Origin: Candidatus Woesearchaeota archaeon
GTDB taxonomy: Archaea > Nanobdellota > Nanobdellia > Woesearchaeales > WAPY01
Length of the DNA: 64,000 bases
Reading direction: 5' to 3'
Assembly (NCBI GenBank): GCA_049700835.1
Contig: JBNAUL010000001.1
Span: 246,043 to 310,042, forward strand
Part shown: piece after piece, positions 60,102 to 64,000 of the stretch
Position numbering within the stretch: position 1 is the first letter of the stretch
How the letters are laid out: every line of letters starts with the position of its first letter
The notes under the pieces: generated by a model
Database searches by the model: none
Told to the model about the DNA's origin: nothing
What the model saw: the letters and a program-made list of their open reading frames with translations, nothing else
Position numbers and translations under genes: made by a program

Positions 60102-62500
60102 GATTAGGATTTTGTAGAGTAGGATGTAGGATAGGAAAATCAAAATTTTGCATTGCGCTAATTTTATTAGTTATTGGCATTTTGCTAAATATTGGAAAAG
60201 CAAATGCTTTAATCATAGAACCTCAGGAAATAAACGAGTTTGTCGCGATAAACAAGTTTTTGGAGCTAAATGTAACATTCAACAACGACGAATACCAAAC
60301 ATTGAATATAAATCTTGAAAAATCAAAAGAACTTGAGGATGTTTTAGATATAACAGAAACTTCCTTCAAATTAAATCCGAAAACATCAAAGAACATAAAA
60401 ATGCTTATTCTTGGAAATGCTGAACAGGAAATCTACTTCAACAAGAGCTTTAAGCAAGTTTCAGGATATATAACAATTCTTCCTTTAAATAAAAAAATTC
60501 CTGTAAAGATTGTAATAACTGACGGCAGAAAATCTTTGCTTCAAACAATGTTTGTAGAATTAGAGCCTGTAAACAAAGTTGTTGCTCAAGGTAGCGATTT
60601 CAAATACAAAATAAGCATCAACAACTTATTGACGGATTGGAATTACAATGTGACTTTATCTTACAAAATAATCAATGAAAAGGAAAACTTTTCAATAGAT
60701 TTGGAAAATGAAAACAACACAATTCTGCTAAAAACATCAAAGACACTGATAAAGACATTTAGAATTCCTGAAAACTTTACTTCAGGGGATTATAAGCTCA
60801 TAGTAAATACATATTATTTAAAGTACAATTCCACATACTCAACACTCTTTACTGTTCAAACGCCTCTTTTAAAAATAAAATTATTTGGTAGGATAATGGT
60901 ATGGCAGTTGATTCTTTTATTTGCCATAGCAGCTCTACTGAGTTTTGCTTATGTTCGTTATCGTGTTTTTAGGAGGTCTAGGCTTAGGTATGGTGTTTCT
61001 GTTGATGTTAGGAGTTTGCGTCGTGTTTCTGATAAGTTGGGTTTTGTTGGTAAGGTTGCTGAGGTTGGTGTTCCTTTTTATTTTGATTTGAATTTGTTGT
61101 CTACTCATTGTATTGTTGCTGGTGCTACTGGTGGTGGTAAGAGTGTTGCTGCTCAGGTTTTTGTTGAGGAGTGTTTGAAGCGTGGTGTTGGTGTTTTGGT
61201 TTTTGATCCTACGGCTCAGTGGTCTGGTTTTTTGAGGGCTTGTTCTGATGTTAGGATGTTGGGTTTGTATTCTGGTTTTGGTTTGCGTAGGGGTGATGCT
61301 CGTGGTTTTCCTGGTAATGTTCGTTTGGTTAGGGATGCTAGGGAGGTTGTTGATGTTAGGCGTTTTTTGAAGGCTGGTGAGATTAATGTTTTTGTTTTGA
61401 GTAGGTTGGAGCCTGAGGATATTGATTTTTTTGTTGCTAATACTGTTCGTGAGGTTTTTAGGGCTGGTTTTGATGAGTTTGGTGGTTTGCGTTTTTTGTT
61501 GGTTTATGATGAGGTTCATCGTTTGTTGCCTAGGTTTGGTGGTTCTGGTGAGGGTTTTGTTCAGATTGAGCGTGCTTGTCGTGAGTTTCGTAAGTGGGGT
61601 GTTGGTGTTGTTTTGATTAGTCAGGTTTTGTCTGATTTTGTTGGTGAGATTAAGGCTAATATTAATACTGAGGTTCAGGTTAGGACTCGTGATGAGGGTG
61701 ATTTGCAGCGTGTTCGTGAGAAGTATGGTGAGGAGTTTTTGAGGGGTTTGGTTAGGGCTAGTGTTGGTACTGGTTTGTTTGAGAATCCTGTTTATAATGG
61801 TGGTAGGCCTTTTTTTGTTAGTTTTAGGCCTTTGTTGCATAGTGTTTCTAGGTTGTCTGATGGGGAGTTGGATGCTTATGATCGTTTTAATGGTTTGGTT
61901 GATCAGTTGGGTTTTGAGTTGGATTCTTTGGAGGGTTTGGGTGTTGATGTTTTTGATTTGCGTTTGGAGTTGAGGTTGGCTTTGGATAAGTTGAAGGTTG
62001 GTAATTTTGGTATGGTTGAGGTTTATTTGGATGGTTTGAGGTCTAGGGTTGATAGTGTTTGGAGGGGTTTGGGTAGGGTTGCTCCTGTTTTTGAGCGTCG
62101 TTTGGTTTCTCGTGATGAAGTTTTGCGTAGTGTTGAGGAGGCTAGGAGGGAGAGGCAGAAAGCCATAAAAGAAGAAAAATCTTCTGAAAAAGAAAAACAA
62201 AAAGATAAAGAAAAGAAAAAGGAAAAGATAGTAAAACCTCTTGTTTTTGACAACGGCGCAATGGTTGGTTCAATAGAAGAATTATTAGACGCTTTACCTC
62301 CGATGAGTGTTTCTGTGTTCAGTAAACATGTAAATCAGTCAAAGAACGACATTAAGGATTGGATTGAAAAGGAGTTTAAGGATGAGCAGTTAATAAAAGC
62401 AGTTAGTGTTTTAACTAAAAAGGAGATGATAGACAACATAAAAAAATATTTAGAAGAAAAGAACAAAGATAAGAAAGAGGAAAAAGAAGAAAAGAAATAG
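60098..62500 (+). CDS. Membrane-anchored HerA/VirB4/DUF87-like ATPase with Ig-like ectodomain and C-terminal DUF5752-like domain
   Basis: Signal peptide; TM about aa 262-287; H..VAGATGGGKS Walker A, VFDPT, VYDEVH Walker B, REFRKWG, LISQ; C-terminal F.KHVN..KNDI..W. Confidence 0.85.
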   Translation: MRLGFCRVGCRIGKSKFCIALILLVIGILLNIGKANALIIEPQEINEFVAINKFLELNVTFNNDEYQTLNINLEKSKELEDVLDITETSFKLNPKTSKNIKMLILGNAEQEIYFNKSFKQVSGYITILPLNKKIPVKIVITDGRKSLLQTMFVELEPVNKVVAQGSDFKYKISINNLLTDWNYNVTLSYKIINEKENFSIDLENENNTILLKTSKTLIKTFRIPENFTSGDYKLIVNTYYLKYNSTYSTLFTVQTPLLKIKLFGRIMVWQLILLFAIAALLSFAYVRYRVFRRSRLRYGVSVDVRSLRRVSDKLGFVGKVAEVGVPFYFDLNLLSTHCIVAGATGGGKSVAAQVFVEECLKRGVGVLVFDPTAQWSGFLRACSDVRMLGLYSGFGLRRGDARGFPGNVRLVRDAREVVDVRRFLKAGEINVFVLSRLEPEDIDFFVANTVREVFRAGFDEFGGLRFLLVYDEVHRLLPRFGGSGEGFVQIERACREFRKWGVGVVLISQVLSDFVGEIKANINTEVQVRTRDEGDLQRVREKYGEEFLRGLVRASVGTGLFENPVYNGGRPFFVSFRPLLHSVSRLSDGELDAYDRFNGLVDQLGFELDSLEGLGVDVFDLRLELRLALDKLKVGNFGMVEVYLDGLRSRVDSVWRGLGRVAPVFERRLVSRDEVLRSVEEARRERQKAIKEEKSSEKEKQKDKEKKKEKIVKPLVFDNGAMVGSIEELLDALPPMSVSVFSKHVNQSKNDIKDWIEKEFKDEQLIKAVSVLTKKEMIDNIKKYLEEKNKDKKEEKEEKK
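60938..62158 (+). other. Extreme G+T (keto)-biased tract within the ATPase gene
   Basis: By manual reading, 406 of 407 codons end in T or G (exception GAA at 62117); abrupt return to A-rich codons on both sides. Confidence 0.95.
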
Positions 62501-62689
62501 ATGTGCACATAAAAGGAACTCAGTGAAATCTAAATTTACTAATTTAAATTATTAAATTAACAAATCTAAATTTTATGTTTTTGTTCTCTTCAATCTTTTT
62601 TTGGTTGTTACATTCATTTAAAATATTTAAAATCAAATTTTTAGAAACAGAACAATTGTGAATTTTAGCAATTGTGTAAGTAATACTTT

Positions 62690-62815
62690 TACATACTTAG
62701 TATGTATTAGTAAGTAAAGTAATTTTAAGCGTTACAATTATTATAACTTTTAAAAAAGAGATATAAAACAGAAACATTTATATATCAATATACATATTTA
62801 GTATGTTTTAGTATG
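62690..62815 (+). promoter_or_regulatory. Promoter flanked by palindromic operators
   Basis: TACATACT-T-AGTATGTA at 62690-62706; TTTATATA at 62777; near-copy TACATATT-T-AGTATGTT at 62791-62807; extra TTAGTATG at 62808. Confidence 0.6.
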
Positions 62816-62909
62816 ATATTTCATTATGGGGTGATGCTCTATAAGAAAACAAGCGCGCGAGCAGGAAAAAAATGCTGCATATGAAAATAAGAATTCTAAA
62901 AAAGATTCT

Positions 62910-63164
62910 TTGTACAGAATTAAAAAAAACCAAAGCATTGATTTCAATTTTGCAGATTTATTCAACGATGTAAATACAAAAAAAATCAATAATAAAAAGC
63001 GCAGTAAAAGAATAACAATTACAATAGATAAAAATCTGCTTAATTTTTTGGATCACCTTATTTCTAAGAGAATTTTTGCCAATAGGAGTCATGCTTTTGA
63101 ATTTTTAATAAGAAAGAGAACAGAATTTGAGAATGAAAGAGAGAATTACTATTACCTTAAATGA
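62910..63164 (+). CDS. Ribbon-helix-helix regulator (possible ATA start at 62841)
   Basis: KRITITIDKNLL..LD..I..RIFANRSHAFEFLI. Confidence 0.8.
   Translation: MYRIKKNQSIDFNFADLFNDVNTKKINNKKRSKRITITIDKNLLNFLDHLISKRIFANRSHAFEFLIRKRTEFENERENYYYLK
63066..63110 (+). repeat. 45-bp exact repeat, copy 1 (copy 2 at 63199-63243)
   Basis: AAGAGAATTTTTGCCAATAGGAGTCATGCTTTTGAATTTTTAATA in both RHH genes. Confidence 0.95.
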
Positions 63165-63297
63165 GGAACTGCTGGACTGGATAGATAACAAAATTAAGAA
63201 GAGAATTTTTGCCAATAGGAGTCATGCTTTTGAATTTTTAATAGCAAGATTGATGGAAAACAACAAGCTTCAGAGCGAAGATGAAAACAAGAGATAA
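63133..63297 (+). CDS. Ribbon-helix-helix regulator (54 aa, not in ORF track)
   Basis: MKERITITLNEELLDWIDNKIKKRIFANRSHAFEFLIARLMENNKLQSEDENKR. Confidence 0.85.
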   Translation: MKERITITLNEELLDWIDNKIKKRIFANRSHAFEFLIARLMENNKLQSEDENKR

Positions 63298-63325
63298 AAC
63301 CAAAGATTTAGGAAAAGGGAAAAAC

Positions 63326-64000
63326 TTGAAAAATCTTAAAAAGCATTTTGACGAAGGCGGATTTAGGGCAACATTTTATGCCTTGCTGGCAGCAATACTT
63401 GCAATCCTTGCAATAATTGTTCTCATACATATTAAGAATTACATTGGATATATGGCACTTCAAACAAGAGCAGGTTCAATCTCTGAATTGAAGATTGACC
63501 TACGATTGCCAGCATCGATATGGAGCGGATTTTACGGTTTAGGGCTAATGGTTCCTGGATATACAGAACAACAACTTGATGTTGCAATTGGCAATACAAT
63601 TAAGAACAAGCACTTGGTTTTTGACTGCTTGAAATACGATGAAGAAAATCCTCCTGAAATTTATGCTTCAACCTCTCCTGTCATTCTCTGGGAAACACTA
63701 AGCCCAGCAACAACAGACATGGTTGACAATTACTTGGAAGTAAGCCCTGATTACATAATGTCAGGCACAAATACCTTCACAACGACTATGACAATAAGAT
63801 TAGGAGATAGAAACATAACAAACATTCCAGCAACACATACTAAAAAATTTGGAGCTCCTGACAGCATGCTCTTTGACATTGGAGTTTTGAGAGACGCAAA
63901 CAACAACTTAGTTTTTGTAACTCATGTTACAGACTATGTCAGGGGCTTTAACAACGAACTTGTAAACTATCAAATGCTACTTCCTGTAAAATCAGATACG
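63326..64000 (+). CDS. Secreted/membrane-anchored WxGxYG-motif protein (3' truncated by window)
   Basis: Open frame from TTG 63326 to the end: N-terminal TM, AGSISEL.I, IWSGFYG, GFNNELVNYQMLLP. Confidence 0.75.
   Translation, partial: MKNLKKHFDEGGFRATFYALLAAILAILAIIVLIHIKNYIGYMALQTRAGSISELKIDLRLPASIWSGFYGLGLMVPGYTEQQLDVAIGNTIKNKHLVFDCLKYDEENPPEIYASTSPVILWETLSPATTDMVDNYLEVSPDYIMSGTNTFTTTMTIRLGDRNITNIPATHTKKFGAPDSMLFDIGVLRDANNNLVFVTHVTDYVRGFNNELVNYQMLLPVKSDT

Noticed and set aside
61422..61973. Short Leu/Val/Met-rich plus-strand ORFs inside the ATPase gene
   Set aside because: Alternative-frame by-products of the G/T-rich tract.
60938..62158. Classical DGR variable region
   Set aside because: No reverse transcriptase or TR/VR pair differing at adenines is in the window, the tract is far longer than typical VRs, and wobble C is depleted as well as A.
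60935..62200. 421-aa antisense ORF rich in Thr/Asn/Gln/Lys/Pro
   Set aside because: It is in exact codon register with the ATPase. Antisense stops require sense TTA/CTA/TCA codons, which the T/G wobble bias removes, so a stop-free shadow frame is expected. It has no convincing SD. Only expression data could rescue it.
1..64000. CRISPR array, rRNA or transposase
   Set aside because: No regularly spaced repeat-spacer array, rRNA-like sequence or transposase motif found by eye.

Overview
AT-rich archaeal chromosome segment, most consistent with a DPANN (Woesearchaeota/Pacearchaeota-like) genome, with a 100-N gap at 694-793. The taxonomic call is inferred from the archaeal-type AlaRS, archease, Nre, DacZ, class III signal-peptide pilin-like genes, DUF5752-like domains and TATA-box promoters. 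The window holds housekeeping genes (RNase J, XPD, rtcB, nadE, ileS, alaS, hisS, pyrG), two tRNAs (Val-CAC, Thr-CGT), an oxygen-defence cluster, many DNA-repair genes, a PadR/ABC/COG1361 operon and a nine-gene pilin-like array. At the right end is a surface-apparatus locus: RHH pair, 1035-aa Ig/PKD membrane protein, membrane-anchored HerA/VirB4-like ATPase, second RHH pair, then a secreted WxGxYG protein. The most striking signal is a sharply bounded 1.22-kb tract (60938-62158) covering the cytoplasmic ATPase domain. By manual reading, 406 of its 407 codons end in T or G and its amino acids are shifted towards G/T-rich codons, while the catalytic motifs remain intact. A short tract with the same bias lies inside a 128-bp sequence shared identically by two ABC-permease paralogs. 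This suggests, as inference only, a strand-biased gene-conversion or rewriting process. Product calls come from motif recognition; no database searches were run.
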